Translations under genes and position numbers: made by a program
IMG/VR virus record: IMGVR_UViG_3300011339_000561
Coordinates: 1 to 37,551 of that record
Length of the DNA stretch: 37,551 nucleotides
Origin: a virus
Taxonomy: Duplodnaviria > Caudoviricetes
Reading direction: 5' to 3' (one strand)
In this document: positions 8,834 to 16,013 of the stretch, piece after piece
How the letters are laid out: every line of letters starts with the position of its first letter
Numbering within the stretch: the stretch's first letter is position 1
Notes under the pieces: generated by a model
The model's input: only the letters and a program-made list of their open reading frames with translations
The model's database searches: none
Told to the model about the DNA's origin: nothing

Positions 8834-8979
8834 TTTTTACTTTTCATTGTTGGCTTTTCCGCCGCACGCTTAACTGCGTAACTTATGGCCACGGCCTGCT
8901 TGACTGGCTTGCCAGCCGCCACTTCAGCTTTGACGTTCTTGCGGAAGGCTTCGGGTGATTTTGATTTGACGAGTGGCAT
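8830..8979 (-). CDS. Small basic hypothetical protein (49 aa, not in ORF track)
   Basis: MPLVKSKSPEAFRKNVKAEVAAGKPVKQAVAISYAVKR..., a recurrent phage small-protein type. ATGA overlap downstream. Confidence 0.7.
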   Translation of the reverse strand: MPLVKSKSPEAFRKNVKAEVAAGKPVKQAVAISYAVKRAAEKPTMKSKK

Positions 8980-8981
8980 GG

Positions 8982-9131
8982 TTACTTCTTCTTCGCTGTT
9001 TTGGCTGATTCTTTGAAGTCCTTGGCCGTAGGCGCTGCCTTACTGCCAGGTTTGTTCATCTTCTCGCCAGAGCCAGCTTTGATGCGGGCTTGTTTGGCGT
9101 GAATGTTTGCGTAGAGTCCAGGCTTTTGCAT
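8982..9131 (-). CDS. Small basic hypothetical protein (49 aa)
   Basis: MQKPGLYANIHAKQARIKAGSGEKM...SAKTAKKK, a recurrent phage peptide family. ATG at 9131 lies just after the upstream stop. Confidence 0.7.
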   Translation of the reverse strand: MQKPGLYANIHAKQARIKAGSGEKMNKPGSKAAPTAKDFKESAKTAKKK

Positions 9132-9132
9132 G

Positions 9133-9393
9133 TTAACACTTCCATCGTTTAAGAGCCGCTTTAGCGCGTTCGCCATCCTTGGCGTTGGCCGCTACTGCGC
9201 CCATCCTTGCACAAAATGAGTCCTTGCGGCCTTGGTCTGCTTTGGTTTTGGGGTTAGGTGCTGGCGCTTTTAAATGGCTACCGGTGGCTGCGTTGTACTT
9301 CTCACGCCCTTTGGCCGTCAGGCCAGCGCCTTTGCTGACCGGCAGCTTCTCGCCACGTCCAACTGATAGTGATACCGACTTCTTTGTAGCCAT
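9133..9393 (-). CDS. Basic hypothetical protein (DUF6321-like)
   Basis: GLTAKGREKYN...RKDSFCARM...ALKRWKC. TAATG overlap with the TerL stop. Confidence 0.7.
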   Translation of the reverse strand: MATKKSVSLSVGRGEKLPVSKGAGLTAKGREKYNAATGSHLKAPAPNPKTKADQGRKDSFCARMGAVAANAKDGERAKAALKRWKC

Positions 9394-10919
9394 TACGACC
9401 CCATCCAAGATGTTGCAACCACGCCTCGATCACTGTACGTGCGGCGCTGCGTGGATTCACGCGCCTCACGGTGGGCCACTGGGAAGGCAAAAGTAACGGC
9501 AAGAGCGTCAGCTGCATCGGGTGAAGCAAGACCTCGTGCTTTCATTTCCTTTTTTCCCTCTAAAAATATCGTGCCGGCAGAGTTGGGCTTTTTAGTCGGC
9601 CCAATGAGGTCAGCTTTGAGCTGTCTGTCGGTAGGAATCGCAGCTGACCTGAGCCAGTCGCGCATCATACCCCACATCTCGGCCCTCTTATTACCCCACA
9701 TTATGGGGTTCTTGGCTTTCCAAGCAAAGTTAACCCCGCGCACTTTGTACCGTTGCTCGGTCAACCTGTCAAGTATCCCGTACCCAAGGCCGCCCTCATC
9801 GATGACCGTCAGGGCTGGCTTGTACTCTTCAATCGCTTCAATGACGTGGCCCACAACGCTCATGGTGTCCTCGCCTTTGTAGCGCTTGATGGCCACCAAG
9901 TCACGCCCTTGGCGCACCACGATGACTGTTGAGTCCATGCCCCCACGAGCTGGGTCAACGCCGATCACGATCGGGGCAGTCAAGTCTTTGTATAGTGGTC
10001 GTTTGAACGCATCTTCGACCACTACGGGCGAGATGAACTGGTCTTCGCCGGCAGCGGGGAACTCGCCATAGACCTCGATGCGGGCCTGTATGGAGTCTTC
10101 GCCGTACTCAGCGATGATCTGGTCATAGACGGCTTTGTCCGTGCCCTCGACGGTTCTCGCATCGATGATCTCGGTGTCCCAAAAGTCCCGTTTACTGTGG
10201 AACGTCTCGAAAAAGTACCCGCTGTTGCGCCGTGGGTTACTGAACGCGAACCAGTACCTGTCCAAAATCTTCTCGGTAAAGAATCCGCTGGCCACTGACC
10301 AGATGGTGTCTGGAATACCTGACGCCTCATCAAAGATCACCATCATCCCGTCGTGGTTGTGGACACCGGCGTACGAGTCTGGGTTCTCTTCACTCCACAG
10401 CTTCCCTTCAGCGGCCCAGTAACGGGTACCCTTCTTGAGGTCACGCTCGACAAGTTCTGTGAGCCACTGTGCAGGAACCAGTTTGGTAGCTGACGGCTCC
10501 CACCAGTGCGAGTTGATCGCCATGGTCGCCCACTTAGTCAGCTCACCCCAGGTGACAGTACGAAGCTGGTTTTCACTGTTAGCCGACACGATGACGCTAG
10601 ACCCGATCCGAGTTGTCAGCATCCACAGGATCAACCACGATACCAGGGCTGACTTCCCAATCCCGCGCCCCGAGCTGACAGCACGCCTAAGCGCATCCAT
10701 GTCCACCTGCCCACGGTTAGCCTTGATGTGATCGGCTATCTTGCGTAATGTTCTACGCTGCCAAGCCCGTGGGCCTTTGAAGTGTTCGAGTGGGGTGTTC
10801 TTCTGCCCCCATGGAAACGCAAAGAGTACAAACGTCTCTGGGTTGTCTGCAATCTGGGAACTCCAGAGCTGGGTCATCAAGACCTGCTCGTCCTGGGGTG
10901 AGTAAATCGGTTTCTGCAT
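9393..10919 (-). CDS. terL: Terminase large subunit
   Basis: Walker A SGRGIGKS, Walker B VIFDEASG, SNP motif, nuclease IGVDPARGG-D and SPDAADALA. Confidence 0.95.
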   Translation of the reverse strand: MQKPIYSPQDEQVLMTQLWSSQIADNPETFVLFAFPWGQKNTPLEHFKGPRAWQRRTLRKIADHIKANRGQVDMDALRRAVSSGRGIGKSALVSWLILWMLTTRIGSSVIVSANSENQLRTVTWGELTKWATMAINSHWWEPSATKLVPAQWLTELVERDLKKGTRYWAAEGKLWSEENPDSYAGVHNHDGMMVIFDEASGIPDTIWSVASGFFTEKILDRYWFAFSNPRRNSGYFFETFHSKRDFWDTEIIDARTVEGTDKAVYDQIIAEYGEDSIQARIEVYGEFPAAGEDQFISPVVVEDAFKRPLYKDLTAPIVIGVDPARGGMDSTVIVVRQGRDLVAIKRYKGEDTMSVVGHVIEAIEEYKPALTVIDEGGLGYGILDRLTEQRYKVRGVNFAWKAKNPIMWGNKRAEMWGMMRDWLRSAAIPTDRQLKADLIGPTKKPNSAGTIFLEGKKEMKARGLASPDAADALAVTFAFPVAHREARESTQRRTYSDRGVVATSWMGS

Positions 10920-11473
10920 TAGTCGCCTTTAACCTCCACATCAATTACCTCAGCTTCGATCACCCTGGCTCTGGCCTGCGCCAGCGCATCGGTAATCGAG
11001 ATCGACCCACCCAGCTCCACGGTTTTAGTCTCACCGTATTTTTTCCGATTGTGCGCACCCATGAGCCACTTCCGAGTATCGATCTTGAGCCTGCTACGGT
11101 TCACATCTTCGAGTGTGTCATCCGCATCGGCAATCTCAATGATCTCACCGGCCATGAATTCGGTGCGCATCTCCTGCGCCTCGGCAAACAGTTGGCTGCG
11201 CTGGGGATCCTTCTTGATCCACCGATAAAAGTCGTTGTAGTCGATCTCGCGCTGATCGTCCCGAAGGACTTGCGACAAAGATTTGCCGTGGGCGATTGAG
11301 TCGATGACCCGCATAAAGATGTGCTCGTACTGAGCCAATGCGAGTGCTTTCACCTCAGGGGGTGATGTGGCAAGCGTGCGAGGTGCAGGGTCTAGCCAGT
11401 TGGGTAATTCGATTTTGGTATCGCTGGTCATTGTGACATCTGCGCCTACAGGATCGGGATTTAATGATTCCAT
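10919..11473 (-). CDS. terS: Terminase small subunit (Sf6 gp1-like); start probably 11473 rather than 11755
   Basis: GKSLSQVLRD...FYRWI...EIIEIAD...RSRLKIDTRKWLM...KKYG. A sigma70 promoter lies just upstream of ATG 11473. Confidence 0.85.
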   Translation of the reverse strand: MESLNPDPVGADVTMTSDTKIELPNWLDPAPRTLATSPPEVKALALAQYEHIFMRVIDSIAHGKSLSQVLRDDQREIDYNDFYRWIKKDPQRSQLFAEAQEMRTEFMAGEIIEIADADDTLEDVNRSRLKIDTRKWLMGAHNRKKYGETKTVELGGSISITDALAQARARVIEAEVIDVEVKGD

Positions 11474-11483
11474 AGTGTCACGG

Positions 11484-11512
11484 ATTCTAGCGGAATGTTT
11501 GGGTGTGTGCAA
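11484..11512 (-). promoter_or_regulatory. Sigma70-like promoter for the packaging/structural operon
   Basis: Minus strand TTGCAC-17 bp-TAGAAT ending 10 nt before the TerS ATG. Confidence 0.6.
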
Positions 11513-11527
11513 CTGTAGGTTAGCAGA

Positions 11528-12100
11528 ACCCAGTGGGTAATGGGTTAATTTGAAAAAATAAAAAATTGTTCGTGATACCTCCCCGTCTGGGCCCCTTCGG
11601 TCGTCGGCCCTACCCGGCCCCATCGCGCAACTGGCACGGATCCTGCTTCGCGCCGCCGCTGGATCGCGGGCGCTGGCCATCGTGACACCGTGCAACCTGG
11701 CCGCCGTGATACCAGGCGCAGGCCGCCGCCGGTGGATCGATGCGGCCAGGTGCACCCAGTGGATCGATGGATCACGGGATCATGTGCACCCAGCGGGTGA
11801 ATCAGTGGCCACAAAACCCAGCGGGTGCACTGGATCGCTGGCCAAGATCACGGAAACCCAGCGGGTGAGGGATTAACCCAGTGGATCGAGGGGGCACGGG
11901 AAAAGGGGGCGAGTGCGTCAATTGTGACATCGCGCAGGCGAGGGGGAAAAAATACACTTTTCTGAAAAGCACAAGAAATCCGAGAATCCTAAAATCCATA
12001 TCCTTCTGTAAGTCACAATTGACGCACTGAAGCAGGGATACCCAGCGGGTTAGGGAAAGCACCTAGTAAATATTTCTTTTGCCTAATTGACCCAATGGGT
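11528..12100. repeat. Eight copies of the quasi-palindrome ACCCA(G/A)(C/T)GG(G/A)T
   Basis: Copies start at 11528, 11754, 11788, 11816, 11856, 11876, 12040 and 12090. Confidence 0.85.
11912..12028. repeat. Perfect 17-bp inverted repeat flanking an 83-bp A-rich spacer
   Basis: AGTGCGTCAATTGTGAC (11912-11928) and GTCACAATTGACGCACT (12012-12028). Confidence 0.9.
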
Positions 12101-12117
12101 CATTCTGTGTTTATAAT
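12087..12117 (+). promoter_or_regulatory. Early promoter candidate, TTGACC-19 bp-TATAAT, with a dyad across -35/spacer
   Basis: Consensus -10. Palindrome TGACCCA-A-TGGGTCA at 12088-12102. Confidence 0.6.
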
Positions 12118-12139
12118 GTAGCACCGACACAAAATCGGC

Positions 12140-12194
12140 CTTGTAACTTGTAACTTGTAACTTGTAACTTGTAACTTGTAACTTGTAACTGTAA
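12140..12194 (+). repeat. Tandem heptamer (CTTGTAA)x7 plus CTGTAA
   Basis: Counted directly. Lies between the early promoter and the first early RBS. Confidence 0.95.
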
Positions 12195-12210
12195 CCTGGA
12201 GAATTTAATC

Positions 12211-12399
12211 ATGAACAAATCAGAGATCCGCGAATTGAACAAAATCGAACAGTACCATGCCGCAGGCTTAGGCCTTGATTTTGTGGCCCGTGCATTGTCT
12301 GCGCTGATTCGCTCGGCACGCACCAACAAGAGCGCCGCCGCCCTGCGTGAGCACGCCGCCCGCCTGGGTGTTATTGGTCACCCTGAATTCATCGCCTAA
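12211..12399 (+). CDS. Early hypothetical protein (62 aa)
   Basis: GGAG RBS and conserved leader. Confidence 0.75.
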   Translation: MNKSEIRELNKIEQYHAAGLGLDFVARALSALIRSARTNKSAAALREHAARLGVIGHPEFIA

Positions 12400-12452
12400 T
12401 GTAAACCGGCCAGGCGCGAAGCCTGGCCACTGTAACCCTGGAGAATCTAATC

Positions 12453-12590
12453 ATGAATAAGCACGCACTGCACTACATCGAATTGAACCCTGCACCGATT
12501 GACGAACCCAGCGACACCGTGATTGTGCTGGGAGCGCTGGCCATCGTGGCCGCCTTAGGTTTTGTCCTGATCGTTTTGTTTTCACTGTAA
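12453..12590 (+). CDS. Small membrane protein (45 aa, not in ORF track)
   Basis: GGAG RBS. MNKHALHYIELNPAPIDEPSDTVIVLGALAIVAALGFVLIVLFSL has one C-terminal TM helix. Confidence 0.7.
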   Translation: MNKHALHYIELNPAPIDEPSDTVIVLGALAIVAALGFVLIVLFSL

Positions 12591-12614
12591 CCCGTAACCT
12601 TGGAGAATCAAATC

Positions 12615-12914
12615 ATGAAAAACGAAAACCCCGTACTACTGGCCGCCGCCGTTGACCGTCTCGCACTGATCAAGGCCCAGCTGGCCAACTTGAAAGCTGA
12701 AGAAGATCAAATTAAGGCCGTGCTGATCGAAGCAGGCCAGGCGGCGATCGAAGGTCAACTGCACCGCGCCGCCGTGAGCTTCTGCCCTGGCCGTGATGTA
12801 ACCGACTGGAGATCCATCGCTGAACACTTTGCGCCGTCCCGTCAACTGATCACGGCGCACACGTCAACCGGCGCAGCGTTCTATACGGTGCGCGTAAGCG
12901 CTCGGAAAGCATAA
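12615..12914 (+). CDS. Early hypothetical protein (99 aa)
   Basis: GGAG RBS and ATG at 12615. Coiled-coil N-terminus. Confidence 0.75.
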   Translation: MKNENPVLLAAAVDRLALIKAQLANLKAEEDQIKAVLIEAGQAAIEGQLHRAAVSFCPGRDVTDWRSIAEHFAPSRQLITAHTSTGAAFYTVRVSARKA

Positions 12915-12924
12915 GGGGCCGGCC

Positions 12925-13260
12925 ATGATCATTTTGTCAACTAAACTCAAAAACCGGTTTTCTGCTGCGTACACCGTAGCCCTTAAAAACATTCGCGTAA
13001 ACGACGATAAACGGGGTTGCAGCGGGTTTATTTCCCTGGGTGAAGCCATTGTGTACGTCAACACCGAGCGCTGCGGCTCGCTGGGTTATATGTACCGCAC
13101 GGCCCAGCACCTGAAAGACTACACCGGCGGCCCTAACCGTTGGGCGCGTGATCTTGATTCGCTTGAGAAGGGAATTAAAGAACTGCTGGCCGCTAGGATC
13201 ATTCAAGCCCGCGCCGGCGTGCCTGCTGGCCGCCTGATCGTCTCGCACGTTGGGGGCTAA
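12925..13260 (+). CDS. Early hypothetical protein (111 aa)
   Basis: AAGGGG RBS. YRTAQHLKDYTGGPNRW segment. Confidence 0.7.
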   Translation: MIILSTKLKNRFSAAYTVALKNIRVNDDKRGCSGFISLGEAIVYVNTERCGSLGYMYRTAQHLKDYTGGPNRWARDLDSLEKGIKELLAARIIQARAGVPAGRLIVSHVGG

Positions 13261-13331
13261 CCGTGAACCTATTCAATCAATTTATCAATGACACTTTTGT
13301 AACCCGTAACCGTAACCTCGGAGAATTGAAA

Positions 13332-13472
13332 ATGCGATACGAAGACACCGACCAAGATTTTGCCGACTTCACCGAAGACGATGAGCGAGCACTCGCCGAT
13401 ATGGAGCGCGAGATCTGCACCGAAGCACGCCGTGCCAAGATCCGCGAAGCGCTCGAAGGGGGCCAGGCATGA
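13332..13472 (+). CDS. Small acidic early protein (46 aa)
   Basis: GGAG RBS. MRYEDTDQDFADFTEDDERALADMERE. Confidence 0.65.
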   Translation: MRYEDTDQDFADFTEDDERALADMEREICTEARRAKIREALEGGQA

Positions 13473-14149
13473 AATACCACTTTATTTTGAAATCGGCCAA
13501 CAGCAAAACCGGCCCGATTCCCGTTACCTATTCCCAGCGGGAAACCTGCCCCGAATCCTGCCCCCATTACCGGGCCGACTGTTACGCCGAAGACTATTAC
13601 ACCCGCATGAGTTGGGATAAAGTGGCCGAGAGGGGCGGGGATCTGGCCGCGGTATGTTTGGCCATTGATCAATTACGCCCGGGCCAGTTATGGCGGTTCA
13701 ACGTGGCCGGGGATCTGCCAGGTGCAGGCGAGCACGTTGACGCCGCCGCACTGGGTCAGATCGTACGGGCCAACATTGGCCGCCGCGGGTTCACGTACAC
13801 GCACAAAAAAAGCCCAGAGGCTTTGTACTGGGTACAGTGCGCCAACGACTGGGGCTTCACGGTCAACCTAAGCGCCGACGATGCGGGAGAAGCTGATGCG
13901 CTGGCCGCCGTATCGCGTGCACCCCTGACGTGCATCGTGCCCATGGACACCCCAGAGAAGACGGAAACCCCAGAGGGCCGCACAATCATTGTCTGCCCAG
14001 CTCAAACCCGCGACGATATAACGTGCGCTACCTGCGGGCTTTGTGCCCGTGCTGATCGCCGCGTGATTATTGGGTTCCGTGCCCATGGATCGCGGGCACG
14101 GGTAACCGACGCGCTGGCCCGCCGCGTCATTCCTATTTTGAAAGCCTGA
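13469..14149 (+). CDS. Cys-rich Gp88/DUF7227-like protein (radical-SAM-like fold suspected)
   Basis: SANSKTGPIP...TCPESC...CYA, RFNVAGD, FTYTH and CPAQ...TCATCGLC. Confidence 0.65.
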   Translation: MKYHFILKSANSKTGPIPVTYSQRETCPESCPHYRADCYAEDYYTRMSWDKVAERGGDLAAVCLAIDQLRPGQLWRFNVAGDLPGAGEHVDAAALGQIVRANIGRRGFTYTHKKSPEALYWVQCANDWGFTVNLSADDAGEADALAAVSRAPLTCIVPMDTPEKTETPEGRTIIVCPAQTRDDITCATCGLCARADRRVIIGFRAHGSRARVTDALARRVIPILKA

Positions 14150-14153
14150 AATT

Positions 14154-14393
14154 ATGATCAACCTTGAAAACCTAACGGCCACCGAAGCCGAAGCGCTGGC
14201 CTATTCTGAAGGGTTCACCGGCACGGCCCGGCAATTTGCCCGGATCGCCGACCTGCAGCGGGCACTAGGGCAGGCCGTGGCCGCCCTAGAAGAGATCGCC
14301 TACCATACGAGCGAGAAACACCGGCCAGGCGCAGCAAAAGAAGCGCTGGCCACAATTGACGAGATCGTTAACCTTTGGGAGATCGAACGATGA
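14154..14393 (+). CDS. Early hypothetical protein
   Basis: 79-aa ORF in a coupled chain. Confidence 0.65.
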   Translation: MINLENLTATEAEALAYSEGFTGTARQFARIADLQRALGQAVAALEEIAYHTSEKHRPGAAKEALATIDEIVNLWEIER

Positions 14394-14566
14394 ACCACAC
14401 CGAAGCCGATTACATTACCGCCGGTTTTCAGTACGAACGGGGCAAGATCCCTGCCCAGTCACTGCGCCACATGATCGAATCCGAAGCCTTGGATTTTCGC
14501 GCCGAAGCTCGCCGCCTGATCGAGCAGGGCCGAGCCGAAGCCAGGTTATCGGCGGCCACCGCATGA
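14390..14566 (+). CDS. Early hypothetical protein (58 aa)
   Basis: GGAG RBS and ATGA overlap. Confidence 0.65.
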   Translation: MNHTEADYITAGFQYERGKIPAQSLRHMIESEALDFRAEARRLIEQGRAEARLSAATA

Positions 14567-14622
14567 GTGCCCTCATCGCCGCCGCTATCGTCGCCCTGCT
14601 GGCCGCCGCCTGGGATCTGTAA
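14563..14622 (+). CDS. 19-aa hydrophobic peptide MSALIAAAIVALLAAAWDL
   Basis: ATGA overlap with the previous gene. The stop lies in a TGTAACCC motif. Confidence 0.4.
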   Translation: MSALIAAAIVALLAAAWDL

Positions 14623-14650
14623 CCCGCTGGCCAGGCTAACCCCTAAGCTA

Positions 14651-14679
14651 CCCCCAGCAAACCCGCTGGGGGCTTTTTT
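14651..14679 (+). terminator. Intrinsic terminator of the early operon
   Basis: CCCCCAGC-aaaccc-GCTGGGGG followed by CTTTTTT. Confidence 0.8.
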
Positions 14680-14700
14680 AACCCTAATTCTGAGGATCCT

Positions 14701-14994
14701 ATGACACCAACAAACCCCCCACAATTCACCGCCGACCTGCTGGCCATGATCGAGCGCTTGGCCCTAACCGACACCAAGGCCGCCGGCCTGCTAGGTGTTC
14801 CGGTGTTCACCCTGCGCAAATGGGCCGCTGGCCAACGTGCCCCCAGCGCCGCCGCCGTGCGCCTGCTGGCCGTGCTGGGCACGCTCGAAGCGCTGGCCCC
14901 GAACGTGCTCGCCGCGCTCACGCCGCCGCCCGATGCCGCCCCCACACGGGGCGCAGGACGGCCTAAGAAACAATTGACTAAGGCTCCCAACTAA
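14701..14994 (+). CDS. XRE/Cro-like HTH protein
   Basis: LALTDTKAAGLLGVPVFTLRKWAAGQRAPS helix-turn-helix and basic GRPKK tail. GAGG RBS. Confidence 0.75.
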   Translation: MTPTNPPQFTADLLAMIERLALTDTKAAGLLGVPVFTLRKWAAGQRAPSAAAVRLLAVLGTLEALAPNVLAALTPPPDAAPTRGAGRPKKQLTKAPN

Positions 14995-15063
14995 CCATTG
15001 ACTAAGGAATCGAACCATTGATTAAGGAATCCAACTATGAAACTATCGATTAAGGCTCCCAAC
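14969..15063 (+). repeat. Four imperfect ~20-bp direct repeats, core AT(T/C)GA(C/T)TAAGG
   Basis: Copies begin at 14969, 14993, 15013 and 15041. Confidence 0.85.
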
Positions 15064-15165
15064 CAGCCATCGGCATGGCCGTTTCCCCCATTCCCAAACC
15101 CACTGGATAAGGGTACAAAGGTTCCCAAGTTCAACCCTGACAACTACGAGGATGCGCCCATATGA
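15037..15165 (+). CDS. Pro-rich small protein (42 aa, not in ORF track)
   Basis: AAGGA RBS. MKLSIKAPNQPSAWPFPPFPNPLDK...YEDAPI, with ATGA overlap downstream. Confidence 0.55.
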   Translation: MKLSIKAPNQPSAWPFPPFPNPLDKGTKVPKFNPDNYEDAPI

Positions 15166-15416
15166 ACATTTCAACCATCGACAAATACGAATTGGTACTG
15201 CATAACGTGCCAACGTGCGCGGTTTGCAATAAGCCAGTCGAGCGTGTCGAGTCCATGTATGACATAGCTTATGGCGGTAAACGGTTTCGCGTGTACTGCC
15301 ACGGCGATACGGAAGAAGCATTCCTTGATGATGTTTGGATTGAAGACTGCGCCAGTGTGCAGTTCGGTCAAGCGTTCATTGACAAATTACCGCAGAAACA
15401 ATTGGAGGCCAAATGA
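15162..15416 (+). CDS. Hypothetical protein, CxxC...CH possible Zn finger
   Basis: PTCAVCNKPV...RVYCHG. Confidence 0.65.
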   Translation: MNISTIDKYELVLHNVPTCAVCNKPVERVESMYDIAYGGKRFRVYCHGDTEEAFLDDVWIEDCASVQFGQAFIDKLPQKQLEAK

Positions 15417-15601
15417 ACAAAGAACTATTACCATCACTGATACAACAAATCCAGTTGTATTACAACGAATCAAAACGAGGTCAAGCCGCACCTGCTGAAC
15501 TGTTGGGTGTATCTCTGACCTTGTTTTTAAAGCGTGGCACTGTGGTTTCAATGGAAACAATGGGTGTTTCTGATGAAGTAGATATGGAGGACAAGAAATG
15601 A
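15413..15601 (+). CDS. Hypothetical protein
   Basis: GGAGG RBS and ATGA overlaps. Confidence 0.55.
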   Translation: MNKELLPSLIQQIQLYYNESKRGQAAPAELLGVSLTLFLKRGTVVSMETMGVSDEVDMEDKK

Positions 15602-15783
15602 ACAACGATGCTGCTGACGCAACATACTGGCATAAAAAATACATTCAAACATTGCAAGAAGCACAAGAATACGCTTCAAAAGTAGGTGCTGATATGGCAA
15701 AACTAGAGGCTTTACTTGAGCAACAAACAGCCCGCATCGTTGACTTGCAAACACATATTGCAAACCTTGAAGGAGAAGAATGA
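15598..15783 (+). CDS. Hypothetical coiled-coil protein
   Basis: GGAGG RBS and ATGA overlaps. Confidence 0.6.
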   Translation: MNNDAADATYWHKKYIQTLQEAQEYASKVGADMAKLEALLEQQTARIVDLQTHIANLEGEE

Positions 15784-16013
15784 TGGCTAAGTTACCTTAC
15801 ACATACACAATCTGCCCCGATCAAGAGGCACCAAAGAACTTCACAGCAAGTTGTAAAGACATGGGTGAGTTACTACGGCATAGCCCCAATGGTGATCTGA
15901 CTATCAATCAAAAGCGCACAGCCGCATGGGACATGTGGTCAGGCAATCACATGGGGCACATTGAGGAAGCGTTGCATGAGATGACGAAGAAGGAAAAGCC
16001 CAATGACAAGTGA
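15780..16013 (+). CDS. Hypothetical protein
   Basis: AAGGAG RBS. Confidence 0.6.
   Translation: MMAKLPYTYTICPDQEAPKNFTASCKDMGELLRHSPNGDLTINQKRTAAWDMWSGNHMGHIEEALHEMTKKEKPNDK

Noticed and set aside
11474-11755. N-terminal extension of TerS to 278 aa
   Set aside because: It runs through the promoter and the repeat region. The promoter position supports a start at or after 11473.
12111-12329. Minus-strand ORF with LQVTSYK repeats
   Set aside because: This is just the translation of the heptamer repeat, antisense to a gene with a good RBS.
14969-15063. Mini CRISPR array
   Set aside because: The repeats are degenerate and nearly abutting with no spacer-length unique segments, and no cas operon is present.
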